Shown here piece after piece: positions 27,476-41,663 of a stretch of 64,000 nt of DNA (position 1 is the first letter of the stretch; each line of letters starts with the position of its first letter). The stretch covers positions 59,334,001-59,398,000 of the forward strand of contig OZ024742.1 of assembly GCA_964016885.1 (NCBI GenBank), in the 5' to 3' direction. The notes below the pieces were generated by a model. That model made no database searches. It saw only the letters and a list, made by a program, of their open reading frames with translations, and was not told the DNA's origin. A program made the position numbers and the translations under genes. The DNA comes from Eledone cirrhosa (Eukaryota).

Positions 27476-27983
27476 TAAGAGTGAGAAATGAAATTTCGTT
27501 TCATTCTTTTCCATTTACCGTATTCGGTGCACCCGGCCGACTAACTCACTCGATATGCAAATTACGCTGCTCAGCCGTTAATATGCATAAGGAAAGTATA
27601 TACTTTCAGACGTTCAATCATCTGACAGAAAGGTATACGATGCTGACGATAGATAATAAGCTTGAAACTAGTACATCGTTCCTGTGTCAGTGTTGAACAA
27701 AAAGGCGACGATGGTTGCCTGGACACTGTACGGAGTAATTCGGGCTGTTTGTTTACAAACAAACCGAACATTATAATAAATGTTCGGTAAACCCATACGT
27801 ACATATATATATATGTGTGCATGTATGTATATATATACATACTACTGTACGTCTATATACATATATGTATGTACGCATACATACATACTTACATTTAAGC
27901 ATCAGCCGTACTAAGAGTGAGAAATGAAATTTCGTTTTATTCTTTTCCATTCTATATATATATATATATATATATGAGGGATA

Positions 27984-28003
27984 TACCCATACCTTCAAAT
28001 GAA

Positions 28004-28052
<49 letters not shown>

Positions 28053-28068
28053 CATACCTTCAAATGAA

Positions 28069-28111
<43 letters not shown>

Positions 28112-28128
28112 CATACCTTCAAATGAAG
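27984..28128. repeat. three copies of tacccataccttcaaatgaag separated by (TA)n
   Basis: Copies at about 27984, 28049 and 28108. Confidence 0.9.
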
Positions 28129-28274
28129 AATATATAAATATATATATATCCTTCATAGGTGCCTTTTAATCTTATAGCCTGGTTTAATTGTTTTTTTTGT
28201 GTGGTTGATTATGCTAATTGGGAGTTGAAATGGTGTATATATATTATCAAATGATTATATGGACATACTTTGTA

Positions 28275-28352
<78 letters not shown>

Positions 28353-28624
28353 TAAATGGAAAATTTATCACTATAGGATCATATTTATTTCATTATATAT
28401 ATTTCACCTGTCAATCTAGCTGTCGTCTGTTCTACAGCGTAGATGTAATTCACTTCGCGCAGAAGTTTTGTTCAAATTTATTGCGGAAATTTTTTAAGTT
28501 CAATTTTAATTTTGATACTATTGTGTAGCTTGACCCCCCGTCTGAACTGTCAGGCGGTGGGTCAGCGCATCTTTACCCCTCCTAGGGGTGAAAAACCTGT
28601 TTTTAAAAATTTTGTGGCATAAAA

Positions 28625-30534
28625 AATTTCAATCGTCTGACAGAAATGTTAAACGAAGCTAACGAAAATAGTGGTGGGGTGGGGACAGCGGTAAGAGTTG
28701 TAAGCTCGCACGCTTTAGTCCCCCCTTCCTTCCCAACTAACGTCATAGAGAAGGAAAGAAAAAATAAAAACAGACGAATCTGCGGAGAAAAATGACGAAA
28801 ACACAAATCTGGACATCGATTCCAACAACGAAAATTGCATGACAATGTTAATACCACAAACAAAGACACGACAAACACAAAAATAACATTTGAAACCAAC
28901 ATCATAACAGAAAGCAAAGCAGACGACAAAGTCAACACCAATAAGATTTCATTTGCACAAACAACAAAGAAATCTTTGACATATATACCTGAAAATATTT
29001 CAGATGTGGAACAAAGAATTACAGACGCCAAACAATACATAACTGAAGGAGAGAATGGTATTTTATCGGTAAAAATGCCTCAAGAACTCACCAAAGACAT
29101 CGAAAGTCGAACGGTCGTTTTCCGCACCATCAACAACATTTCTAAAAAACCTGAACAGCCAACTCAAACAGAAATCAAAACAGTAGTTACAGAAGTACTT
29201 AATGAAACCACTTTCATAAGAAAAGACAGACTGTATGGAAGCCAGACTGTATGAAGAACGAATCGGCGGCAAAAAAATGTGCTTTGTCACCGATTCGTTC
29301 GAAAAATTTTACCTTTTATCCATCTTATATGGGTAAAAGAACTCAACGCATATGGCTGGATGCAATGATGCCAGATGTGGACTACTGCTGGCTCATAGCT
29401 GGCTTCATCGATCCAGCGAATGACAACGTGATTTCTATTGGGAAAACCACAGGCAATGCGTTCAGTGGAACAGGTATAGAACTTGTAGTGCAAATGAAGC
29501 CTGAACGCATCGCCCAAATACCCGACAGAATCCTATTAGAGGGCCACAGGTATATAAACATTAGCGTGGAGGGGAGAAGGCCGTCCTGTCATATCTGTGC
29601 AGGCAGAGGGCACCTGAAGGCGACTTGTCCCCAACTCAACAAAAAGAAAACCCTGCTACCAACACCAGCTCCACCACCACCACCACAACAGATAAACAAA
29701 CAACAAAACTCAGTCCCACCCAACCCGTCCCTCAGTAAAACTACACCACCACCACAACACAAACAGTCACAACACATTACCCCAAAACAAAATACAGGCC
29801 CACCCAACCACTTCACTCAATAAAACAACACAACCACCGCAGCCACAACAAACAACACAGTCTAACATAGTGACATCCATCTCCCCCACAAAGAAAACCA
29901 ACACGAAAACATTACCAGCAAACATACCTCTTCCCTCCAACACTGAAGATAACTCAACGAATTCGGAGGAAGAAACGGAGTCCTTCAGACAGATTAAAAG
30001 GAAAAAAAAAAAACATGTGCAAAACACACAAGGCTAAACAACCCCCACCCAAATGTCAACACAATCCAACAAAACACAAAACACCCCTCCAGCAACAAAC
30101 AAAACCAAACCTGCCCGTCCCCTCTTCGAAACACTCACACCATCCGAAAAAAGACATTACACTATACTTACATCAACAGAAACAATAATAAATTAAATGA
30201 ACTCATAAACAATAATCCTTCGGTACAAACCGAAGGTGTAAACTTTGTTTCTTCAGAAAACTACCCACATTTAAAATTAATAAAGATCCCAATGAACCTC
30301 TACCAAAAACTAAAAAAGGATTTTAAGGAGGACGTAGGACCACCCTCTGTCAAACCCATAAACCGCGTCCTACTAAAAAGCTTTCCCCCTCCCCTTCCCC
30401 TCCCCAACACGACTCCAAACACCCCAACCCCACCACACACTGACGACCCCACACCACCACAAGACACCCCTTCACCCAACACCCCCGACCCCATGGAAGT
30501 CGTGCGACCCGAACCCCGGGAAGCAGAAAGGTAG
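28625..30534 (+). pseudogene. Tx1 ORF1 (gag-like, CCHC zinc knuckle), frameshifted
   Basis: CHICAGRGHLKATC (CX2CX4HX4C) in ORF 29251-29823, followed by a P/T/Q-rich tail. The end YQKLK..F..DVG.P..KPINRVLLK is shared with the 22.7-23.3 kb copy. Confidence 0.8.
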
Positions 30535-30567
30535 GTCTCTACACTCTCCTTTGGCTTTGCCGCCCAC

Positions 30568-33500
30568 ATGGATGTGTTAAGAGTAGGATGTTTGAATGCA
30601 CGTGGCCTGGGCTCAACTTGGAAGCAAGCAAAGCTTCTAAATGACCTCAGGTCATGTGGTATAAATGTAATGGTTATCTGTGAGACTCGGATCAGCGTCG
30701 TGCGGCAGCTGGCCCCTACCTTCGATGACTTTAGGTGCATGCATCTCTCTGTCAACCTGGAGGTGGGGGTGGGGTTGTCGTACTGCTGCAAAAACACCTG
30801 GGTCTTGCCGTACAGGTTGTTCACTCGGACCCGGAGGGTCGTTTGTTGGTGCTAGACGTTGGCAGTAGTGAAGGTGTAACCTTGAGACTGGTCGCCGTCT
30901 ACTCCCCTTTCGGAGCTGAATGGCCCGACTTCTACCAGCGTTTGGAGACGTTGCGTTCCCTGCTTCTAGCGGGGAATTGGAATGACATCTTAGATGCACG
31001 TTGGGATTATGCAGGAGCATGTCCTAATAGAGGGGGGTGTAACAGCCTCAAGGGGTTACTCGACCGTTTTAACTTGGTCGATAGATATCGACTAGATTTT
31101 CCAACTGTGCCTACCTGGACTTGGACGAACCACAGTGGTCAATCTAGATCGTACTTAGATAGATTCTTAGTTAGAAGTAAGGATAGGGACATATTAAGCT
31201 GTCCATAAATGCTCACGGTTGGCTAAACGGATCACAAATTAGTGACCTGCGTAGTCAATCTCGAGAAAACACATAAACAGGGTCCCGGTTACTGGAAACT
31301 TAATTTGTCTTTACCGGCAAAAGAGACTTACAGAAACCGGATTAGCAGATTAGTTAAGGAGAGGTTGACGGGTGCAATCGTCAACAACCGATGGTGGGCA
31401 TCTCTCAAAAGAGAGATTAGAACAGAATCAATAAGTTATAGCAAGATGTTAGCTGCCGATAGGAATAGAAACGAGAAAGAATTAACAGGTAAATTAGAAG
31501 AGGCAATCAAGAGCGAAGATGTGGCCAGAGTACTGGCATCGAGGACAGCCTTGAACCAGTTTTTCGATGCAAAGCACGAAGGCTGCGTCATTCGAAGTAA
31601 AATACGTGCTCTAGGTAATGAGGGGGCCAAAGCCGCTGGCTGGGCCCGCGTGACAGAAGCTAAGAGTGGAAATCGATCCACCATCCGGTCGTTGCAAGAC
31701 GAGGATGGACGGGTGATCCGGGAGCCTAAGCAGATGTGCGAGGCCTTTCAAAGGCACTTTGCCCGATTATTCGTGGGAGGCGAGGGTCCGGGCGGGGACG
31801 TGGATTTCGGTCCATACCTCGACGGCCTGCCGCGTCTCTCGAGCGAAGAGGCAGAGTCCTGCGAGGGACCAATCTCGGCTGATGAGATCGGGAATGCGCT
31901 GAGCCAATGCAGCAGACGCAAATCTCCAGGTCTCGATGGTATACCTTACGAACTTTATTTAGCAATGCCGGTCTTCTTCTCCGAACTCCTCGAAGCGGTC
32001 TACTGCAATTGGCAGCAGAACGGGAGAATTCCTTGTTCTGTAGCCAAGGGCGTAGTCTCGCTGGTGAGGAAGGACGAGAACAAGGGGGATAGTATCAATA
32101 ATTTTCGGCCCATAACCCTGCTAAACACAGAGTTAAAGATTTTGGCCAAGGTGTTAGCAAAGAGGTTGGCGCTTGTCGTGGGTAGCCTGGTGGGAGATGC
32201 GCAGACATGTGCTATCCCATCCAGGTCATTCACGATAACCTCCACCTCATGCGATACATCATAGAGTGGGTTGGCAACAAACCCGGCTTCGGTGGGGCCC
32301 TGATCAACTTGGATCAGTCTAAGGCCTTCGATAGGGTCGACCATGGTTACCTGGATGCGGTGCTAGCGGCGGCTGGGTTCGGTCCTGTTTTCAGAGGCTG
32401 GATCACTGCCTTACATAGCAACCACATCTGTTCTACGATCAAGGTGAACGGCTACCTTTCGAAGCCGTTCAAAATCACACGAACCATTCGACAGGGGTGC
32501 CCTCTCTCCTCCCTTCTGTACGTATTGACTCTCGAGCCTTTACTGAGGAAGTTGGAGTTGTTGCAGGGTATCCCCCTGAAACCAGGATTGAGCAAAGCGG
32601 TCTCGGTCTACGCCGATGACGTAACAGTAATGGTATCGACCGACTCGGAGATCGAGGCGATCGGTACCTTACTGGAGGATTACGAAAGGTTGTGAGGAGC
32701 GAAACTGAACCGGGAAAAATCCATCGGGCTGCAACTCGGAACGTGGAGAGGCAGACCGATGCCTCCCGACGGTGTCGTCGGACACTGGACGGAGGGCCCG
32801 GTAAAGTTGCTTGGGGTCTGGTTAGGTGAAAAGAACTGGGACGAGGTTCGAACAAGGTGTTTGCAAACCCAGAAATGGTCGAACAAGGTGTAAGCTGTCC
32901 CTAAAAGCCGGGCCAAGTGGAACATGTCCTAAGGCCGTCCTAACGACTGATTAGTCAGCGTCCGTCACTTACTACCGCACATGGAAACTGTCGTGCCTTG
33001 CCCTAAGGAAACACTCACCACCATGGAACGCATGCTCTTCCAATTTCTTTGGAAGAAGCGCCCTCCTATGGTTAGAAGATCCATCCGCTGCCAACAACCT
33101 TCGAAAGGAGGGCTGGGGATGCCGTGGTTGATGATGCGTAGGCACGCATTAAGGCTACGGCACCTACAGGTATTCCTCACTGGTCAACCGGTGTGGGCTC
33201 CGTTCGTGAAACGTGCCTTTCCGAGACTCGTCTCGCTCACCGAGCTGCAGTCCTGGGTCAAGAAAAGATCCGGAAAACTGGGAGACTGGCACACTGAGTG
33301 TGCTCAGGCGCTCAGGGCTCTCTGGCAAGCGGGCCAGGCCATCGGTGGAGAATCCACCTCATCATTCTATAGAGGGCTGGTGGCTAGCAGGGGCGATGAC
33401 ACCCTTGGAGAGTCGCTGGACATGGAAGAGGACGAACTGGCCAGCCTGTTCGGTAGGACTTTCGGCCCGGGACCAATGGACAACTTCCAGAAGTCACTAG

Positions 33501-34003
33501 CCTGGCAGTGCTACCGGGGGGTTCTACCCGTTCGAGAGAGGCTCTACAGACACGGGCGCCCCGGAAGGGATCCCTCGAAAAAGATTTGCCCTAGATGCGT
33601 GCGTCACGAAGAAACCGTTGCGCACGCATTGGTGCAATGTCCGGGCGTGGCTGATCTGTGGGGCTACGCCGAACGACTGCTGTCGCGGGTGGCGCCGATT
33701 CGATTGACCGCCGAATCCGTGATGACAATCAAACTGCCTCCCCTCTTCACAAAGGAAGCAAAGGCGGTTTTTCTGTGCGTAATAGCCATGTTGAAAGAGG
33801 TTGTTTAGTGAACACGATTGAAAGGTCTGAGGTAAGGCAACTTCCTCTTTGGCCATAGTCTGGTCTACTTCTTCCGATATCACTTCGGAAGAAGGATAAG
33901 AATGGAGAGAGAGGTGCTTGGCCACAGCCAGTTTTATGAAAGGTGGGTGATAGTGGCGAGAATGGCTCGTGTAAATGGGCCTTCTCTGTATACCATCCTG
34001 TAG
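30568..34003 (+). pseudogene. Tx1 ORF2 (APE endonuclease, RT, C-terminal zinc finger), disrupted
   Basis: LNARGL, ICETR, SYLDR, KSPGLDG, FRPITLLN, LDQSKAFDRVDH, RQGCPLS, YADD, GGLG, CPRC..ETVAHALVQC. Confidence 0.95.
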
Positions 34004-34237
34004 GTAAAGAAGTGAAGGAGAGGGGAGCACCTTCTCCATGTGCTCCCCGGGCAAAGGATTGCACACTTTTTCGGGTGTGTGTGCAACCCCCATCACGTCC
34101 CCTCCCTTTTGAGGTTGTTTTCGATTATTTTCATTTTATACCCTTTTTACTCGATTGTATGTAAACTCCCCCTTTGTATTTGTCCCTTCTTTTTATGCCT
34201 TTATGGTAAATAAAGAAATATATATATATTTCACCTG

Positions 34238-34462
34238 CTATTTTTTCCTTGCTGCGCCAACAGTGGCCAGCAAATCTGTGTTGTTATGGAGTCCATCTCA
34301 TGGAGCAAGAAACGCTGGTCGTCCCAAGAAGACATACGTCAAGCAACTTGAGGACGCTACTGCATGCACTGCGGAAGAACTGGCAAACGCTATGAGAGAC
34401 AGAGATGGATGGAGGAAGCGTGTCGTAGAAAGCCGAGCAAGCTCGACCTGATGATGATGATG
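34238..34462 (+). mobile_element. RTE-clade LINE 3' fragment with (TGA)n tail
   Basis: VLLWSPSHGARNAGRPKKTYVKQL...AMRDRDGWRKRV followed by tgatgatgatg. Confidence 0.85.
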
Positions 34463-34702
34463 ATATATATTTCAAGGGTGCTAATTTATAGTATGCTTTC
34501 ATCAGATAAAATACAATATTTGATGTATAAGATAGTGACATACCCCAAAAATAGACCTCATACGGTCGAATTAAAATGGGCATGTCCATTTTAATTCGAC
34601 CGTATGAGGTCTATTGTTCGGGTATGTCACTATCTTATACATCAAATATTGTATTTTATCTGATGAAATCATACTGTAAATTAGCACCCTTGAAATATAT
34701 AT
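34463..34702. repeat. 240-bp near-perfect palindrome (foldback element core)
   Basis: Arms mirror around 34582/34583 with few mismatches and no loop. The outer arms are 28350-28406 and 34691-34747. Confidence 0.95.
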
Positions 34703-34856
34703 AATGAAATAAATATGATCCTATAGTGATATATTTTCCATTTACTACTATCATTATTATAATAATACTCCAGATAAAGTTTCCCTGTAGATTACTTCAT
34801 ATCTGTTATGAACATAACTCTGTTGAATACTTATCAGCAAAGAATATAACTCATTG

Positions 34857-35162
<306 letters not shown>

Positions 35163-35564
35163 TCATACAGTCTTTTCAAAGTATATTAGTTTGTTCCTAA
35201 TCCTATAGAATGCTCCGACTGATGAATATTATCGAAAAGACAATATTTTCATCAGGAGAATTACACTCGAAACTTTATAGGTAGTTTTACTTGAATATAA
35301 GACGTCATGTACACTTAATCTGATGCTATATGTAATATATATATATTTCCCACTAGCAATATATATATGTGTATATATATATGTATATATGCGTGTGTGG
35401 TGTGTGTGTGGGGGTGTATTTGTGTGAGTGTGTGAGTGTGTGAATGTGTGTATGACAGTGAGAGGGAGAAAAAGTAAATATAGGCATATATGTTGTGAAT
35501 GTATACATATATATATATTTACATATAAACGTATATGTATACAAATACGCACACACACACACAG

Positions 35565-35639
<75 letters not shown>

Positions 35640-36157
35640 CAGAGATACAAAGTAATGTACGTGTTTGCATGTGTTAGTGTGACTGTGTGTTTGATTGTCT
35701 TTATTTGAATACGAAACCTTTGAGGTGATTTATCTGCAGTCATAACAGAAGTATCATGGGAAGCATGTATAGGAAACAAGTGACTGAACTGGACATATCA
35801 ACATAGAACTACATAAAAATACTACCAAAATAAAGGTTAAAGTAAATAAAACAAAATGGCTGCTGAACAAATCAATTGGCGACAATATCAAAGCTTAAAG
35901 ATAAACAGAATATACCTAAAACCTGTAATATAAACAACAGCAAAAAACATAGGCTGGAAAAAGTTTAAATGTTACTTTCAAAGAATCAAACGTATAAAAT
36001 ATGATTTTGCTGATATCGAGAAATAAATCTAGACCTACATATACATACCAATATTGAATATATGCAAACTACATACATTCAAAAAGCAGTTACATACATA
36101 TAAGCACCATCATAGAGATCCATCCATACATACATACTTATCGATATAAGTACATGT

Positions 36158-36219
<62 letters not shown>

Positions 36220-36229
36220 TTCTCACTCT

Positions 36230-37200
36230 CTTGTAACCGACCTTTCCTCCCACATCCACTAGTCATGCTCATCGGCTGTTTAAGTCCTTCTCCTTCTGAC
36301 ACATCTCCTCCTTCTGTTTACCCTGGACTCTATCTGCACCGTCATCCTTGACGATGGCGGCCTATGCGCTCTCCGACATTTTTTAGACTTCCGCCCTACA
36401 CTCTACCCTATCGCTTCTACTCTTCTCCGCAATGCTGCGCTGATTCTCACTTTCAATGATTTTTCATCTTCCGGAGAGTTTTACCGACAAGTCTCTGTGG
36501 TAGTAACGGATACCAGAACACTGGTCGGATCCCTGAGTTACACTGTCGTTATATCGAACGATTGTTTCGGCGTCACCTCTCTCTCCCGTGAATAGCTCGA
36601 TTCCTTTCTTTCGTCCAGTCTTTTCATCCTGCCCTCACTTTCACCACCTCCGTCTCCAAATATTCAGTCCAATTTCTCGACATCTCACTCTCCATCAACC
36701 ATACTAACTACACACGCTTTACCTCTGAGTCTCATTCCTTCCTCGATTGTACCACCTTCCATCTCACCTACACCAAACTCTCCATACCTTACACCCAACT
36801 CCTCCGTCTTCGTCGGCTCTGTAACGTGGACCACAATTTAGAGACACATTTCCAACACATGGTCTCCCGCTTCATTTAGCGTGGATCACCCCACCCTAAT
36901 TTAAACTGCCCTCACCCACGCCGGTGAAACCGTCCATGCCACAGCGCTCTCACCCCAAACACTCGCATTCTTTCCGGCCCTCACATACCACCCTACCTCT
37001 CCGACGACATATCCTCCTTTGTTTCCGCATACCTCTTCTGACCCTATCACTTCTCATTTTTTCCCAAAGTCCCCGTTCACTGCCCTTAAGCGCGCCCTAA
37101 TTTCCGTAACCTTCCACCTTGTGTCAAGTTTCCCTAGATGATTCAACTCCCCTCCCCAATTTCTTTAATTTTGCAATCATACACTCGCGCGCACATCCGC
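36230..37200 (+). pseudogene. heavily degraded Penelope-like RT fragment
   Basis: Broken-frame motifs: RYI.DCFG, HPALTFT, FLDISL, SIPYTQLLRLRRLC, LTYHP. Confidence 0.75.
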
Positions 37201-37726
37201 CTATCTTCCTATGGCACTATTAGAGTAGAAACACCCATTTTACAACTTTCACAGACCAACACCAAACACGTACACACTTCTATACTTAATCTCACAGCAC
37301 TCTACTGACCAACAATGCACAAACATCCACACTCATAAAAGTATACACATACATATCCTACAGCTTCGTACATACAACAAAACACACACGCGCGCGCAAA
37401 CGTTCACATACTCTCTCTCTTAAATATATATATTTATATACACATAGCTTTGTACAGACGAACAACAAACACACACACACATATATACGCACACACACAT
37501 GCACATATGTACTCTGTACATACAAAACGATTTTTCCTTTTTAGCTAGACGCGTCGATCACCGCCTTTTAAAACAAGATCAACTGATTCTCTCATACACG
37601 AACGCCAGAATCACCAGTTTTCCAAGAGATGGCGACTTAAAGAGACTTGTTTTTTCTGAAAGAAATTTTCTTTTCTTTTCTGCCACTGCCCACTTTCCTC
37701 TATCTTTCTCTTTATTCTTTAATCTC

Positions 37727-38209
<483 letters not shown>

Positions 38210-38447
38210 ACCCCGGTTAAGGCCTCCCACAACGCCCCCCCCCATGTAGGTCCCCTACACCCCGTACCAATGACCAATGGACAACAACAACAACCCATAG
38301 TTTGTGGTCCCTATGGTGGATGGTCCACCGGATCCTCTACTAGTTAGGAGTCATTAAAACCACGTTTTATTGAACCTGATTTTATATATATATATATATA
38401 TATATTATGTGTATATATATATTTTATATGTGTATATATGTGTATTT

Positions 38448-38503
<56 letters not shown>

Positions 38504-39281
38504 AATTTTATATATATATGTGTATGTATATTTTATATATATATATATTTTATATATATATATATTTTATATATATATATATATTTTATATATATATATA
38601 TATTTTATATATATATATATTTTATATATATATGTATTTTATATATATATATTTTATATATATATATATATGCTTGTGCGTACATATATATATATATATA
38701 CACCTGTATGGATTTGTGTGTGTAGATGTGTGTGTGTCTGAGGGGGTAGGTGTGAGTGTATGTACAAGTCAACCAACATAAGCCTTTTATTTCTAAATTT
38801 CCTAAACTATCTAAGTATTTGACTCTAACCATTATTTTAAGTATTACCACCCCACATTAATTCCTCAATTTGTATGTGTGGATGTGTGTGTGTGTCTGTG
38901 GGGGTGGGTGTGAGTGTACGTGCAAGCCAACCTACATAAGTCTTTTTATTTGTAAATTTTCTACTCTAACCATAATTTTCAGTAGCACCACTCCACATAA
39001 ATTCCTCAATTTAAGAATGACCTGTAGTATCTATTTCATACTATTTTGTGAAAATCAGTCATATGGAACTATTGTCATCTTGCCTGACGGTTTAAACTTT
39101 ACAACACCACCTACCTCTTTGAGGTCAAATACCAACCCTACTAGCATCTACAAACTGACCAATGAGAATTAAGACTATTCCTGCTGACAACATTAAATTA
39201 TTCCTAACAAACTCATATGTCCCAAGGGTCTGATACCATCAACACTATAAACACAGAGCTGGCATATCTAAGAACTGACTA

Positions 39282-39337
39282 ACTGCCTGATGAGGTCATA
39301 GCCATTCAATGACTATAATCGAAATATATATAGCAGT
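39282..39337 (+). ncRNA. type I hammerhead ribozyme (canonical core)
   Basis: ACUGC-CUGAUGA-GGUCAUAG..CUAUAAUC-GAA-AUAUAUAU-A-GCAGU followed by AAUAAA. Stem I is perfect and stem III is palindromic. Confidence 0.88.
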
Positions 39338-39412
39338 CAATAAAGGATTATGAGTTCATGCAATTGACTTATGTTTCGTCACTATATATATATATAAATA
39401 TATATATACTTT

Positions 39413-39577
<165 letters not shown>

Positions 39578-39608
39578 ATGTATGTATATATATACTTATT
39601 TATATATA

Positions 39609-39810
39609 TATATTTTAAAATAGGAAAATAATGATTTCACTTGTAGTTCTAAATAATTTAATTTGATTTTATAATAATATAATTTTACGATATAAAATTA
39701 TAATATTATAAAATTAAATTAAATTGTTTAGAACTACAAGTGAAGTCATTCCTTTTCTTTTTTAAAATATACCTAACTATATCAAGGATTTCATACATTT
39801 TCCAATATAT
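39609..39810. mobile_element. AT-rich foldback element (palindrome 39609-39771 plus unique tail)
   Basis: aatgatttcacttgtagttctaaa mirrored by tttagaactacaagtgaagtcatt; (TA)n flanks. Confidence 0.8.
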
Positions 39811-39828
39811 CCGTATATATATATATAT

Positions 39829-40402
39829 ATAAGTGAAAAATGGCAAATGGCGTGCTGCGCTGTTGCAAATGGGATACATATGAATAAAATTAGGGCATTA
39901 AGACAGGACTGTCCGTCATCAGTGATCTTCCAGCCATCATCGGTATTTCTCTCGCATTAAAGACCATGTACCTCAAGCTGGTGCGAGCAATAACTAAAAA
40001 AAGTTACTGGGACAAGTAGAATTGGGTGAGAAAGCGAGACATGTAAACAAACAGAGATGGTAATGCAACGGAAAGAGAGGAAGATGAGAAAGAAGTCCGT
40101 GATATATATGAACTGAAGTTCGAGCAAATCGTGGTCGGGGAGAGCAAGACGCGTCCAGACCCTGTGAAATGTGAGCGAGGAAAGGATTTCACACAGGTCA
40201 GACGGGAGGAAGTGAGAGAGGGTGAGTAGCAGAGAGTGAATGAGTGAAAATGTGGGAAGAGGCCAGCCGAGAGAGGGTGACTGGCAGAGGGGGTGAATGA
40301 AGGTCAAAGATACAAGGAGAGAGAAAGAGGATAGCAGTAAGAAATAAACAGACTGGTCACAGCGGTGGGAAAATATAAGTGAAAAATGGCAAATGGCGTG
40401 GT
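39829..40402 (-). mobile_element. pLTR-like unit with terminal direct repeat; related to 47289-47831
   Basis: ataagtgaaaaatggcaaatggcgtg at both ends. The segment tcatcagtgat...gcattaaa..cat.tacctca.g..ggtgc..caataactaaaa is shared with 47330-47420. Confidence 0.6.
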
Positions 40403-40742
40403 AAACAAAAGGGGGATAACTCTAATTTGTCATCTAATAGGTTATTAATTCGGACTATGACTAAATAAACACAAAAAAATAATATTCAATCACTAAAAGA
40501 TCTCATAATAATAATACAACAGATTCATTCTAAGAAAACTATAAAGCAATTAAGTATTATTGGACCTGCAGCATTATCGAGTATAATACACTAAATATCA
40601 TATAAGTTCAGTTGCCACACCCCACCTCTCCATAGCCCACAACACCAATATATATATATATAACGAAGGAGTTGTGGTAAGGAACCAGATGGACCATAAC
40701 GCACCAGAGTACTCAATACTTAGGGTAGTAGAGTGGGTAATA

Positions 40743-41616
40743 GGAGAAAGTATGACCCCGACGGCAGAGCTCAAGCCGTTACGACGGCTATTTCTGGACT
40801 AAAGTAAGAGTTTTTTAGTCTGGTAAATAAATAGCCGAACTTTGAAGGGGTACTTCCTTATATGGATTGGTCAAAATTTGCAGCAGACAAAGAAAAGTCT
40901 ATCATGGCAGTGGGTGCGTGGTCGGTGTGGCCGAAATTGCCTGTAGAACGATAGGGAGTGAGTAGAGCTGGTTAAGCGTTGAAGGTGAAATCTACACGGC
41001 AAATTCTAAGGAATATGTATGAAAGTAAGCCAGAGGAGGTAGGCGAAAAAAGTTTCTTTAGAAAAAAGGAGGAGGGACGTTATAGAAAGGTAAATCAAAT
41101 GGGATTAGGGGACAATGAAAAAATATAATAAAAAAGAATATAATAAAAAATGAGACAAAGATATATCAGAATGTAAGATTGGAAAGTGAGAAGTGAAATA
41201 AAGTAAAAACTAAGGAGTCTAACACAGCTGCTATATTTAGTTGGTTCTGCTTTTTCGGCCAATGTTATAGAATGAGTTGCTAGATGAGAATTATTGAAAA
41301 TTTAGAATTGGGTATTAAAAATTAATACCACATCTCTGGGGTCTAACACAGCTGCTATGAATAGTTAGTATAGCGAAATCGGCCAATGCTATCTATAAGT
41401 TACTGGGGTGGGGATACCCGACCCCGCACCCACTGCCATGATAGACTTTTCTGTGTCTGATACAAATTTTGACCAATTAAACTACAACCTACACATATAA
41501 GGAAATGCCCCTTCAAAAGTTTGGCTATTTATTTACCAGACTAAACAAACTCTTACTTTAGTCCAGAAATAGCCGTCGAAACGGCTTGAGCTCTGCCGTC
41601 GGGGTCATACTTTCTC

Positions 41617-41617
<1 letters not shown>
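40743..41617. mobile_element. element with ~175-bp inverted arms
   Basis: 40743-40917 is the reverse complement of 41426-41617 (ggagaaagtatgaccccgacggcagagctcaagccgt...). Confidence 0.85.

Positions 41618-41663
<46 letters not shown>

Larger units (their letters stand above)
28411..34220 (+). mobile_element. full-length Tx1/L1-clade LINE with 17-bp TSD
   Basis: TSD tatatatatttcacctg at 28394-28410 and 34221-34237. Contains ORF1 with a zinc knuckle, ORF2 APE-RT-CCHC, and 3' aataaagaaa. Confidence 0.95.

Noticed and set aside
27984-28128. 21-bp repeats with spacers
   Set aside because: The spacers are pure (TA)n, so this is a slippage duplication rather than CRISPR.
35212-35258. CTGATGA...GAAA hammerhead-like string
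   Set aside because: Stem II does not pair; it is a simple ctgatgaa/ttcatcag hairpin.
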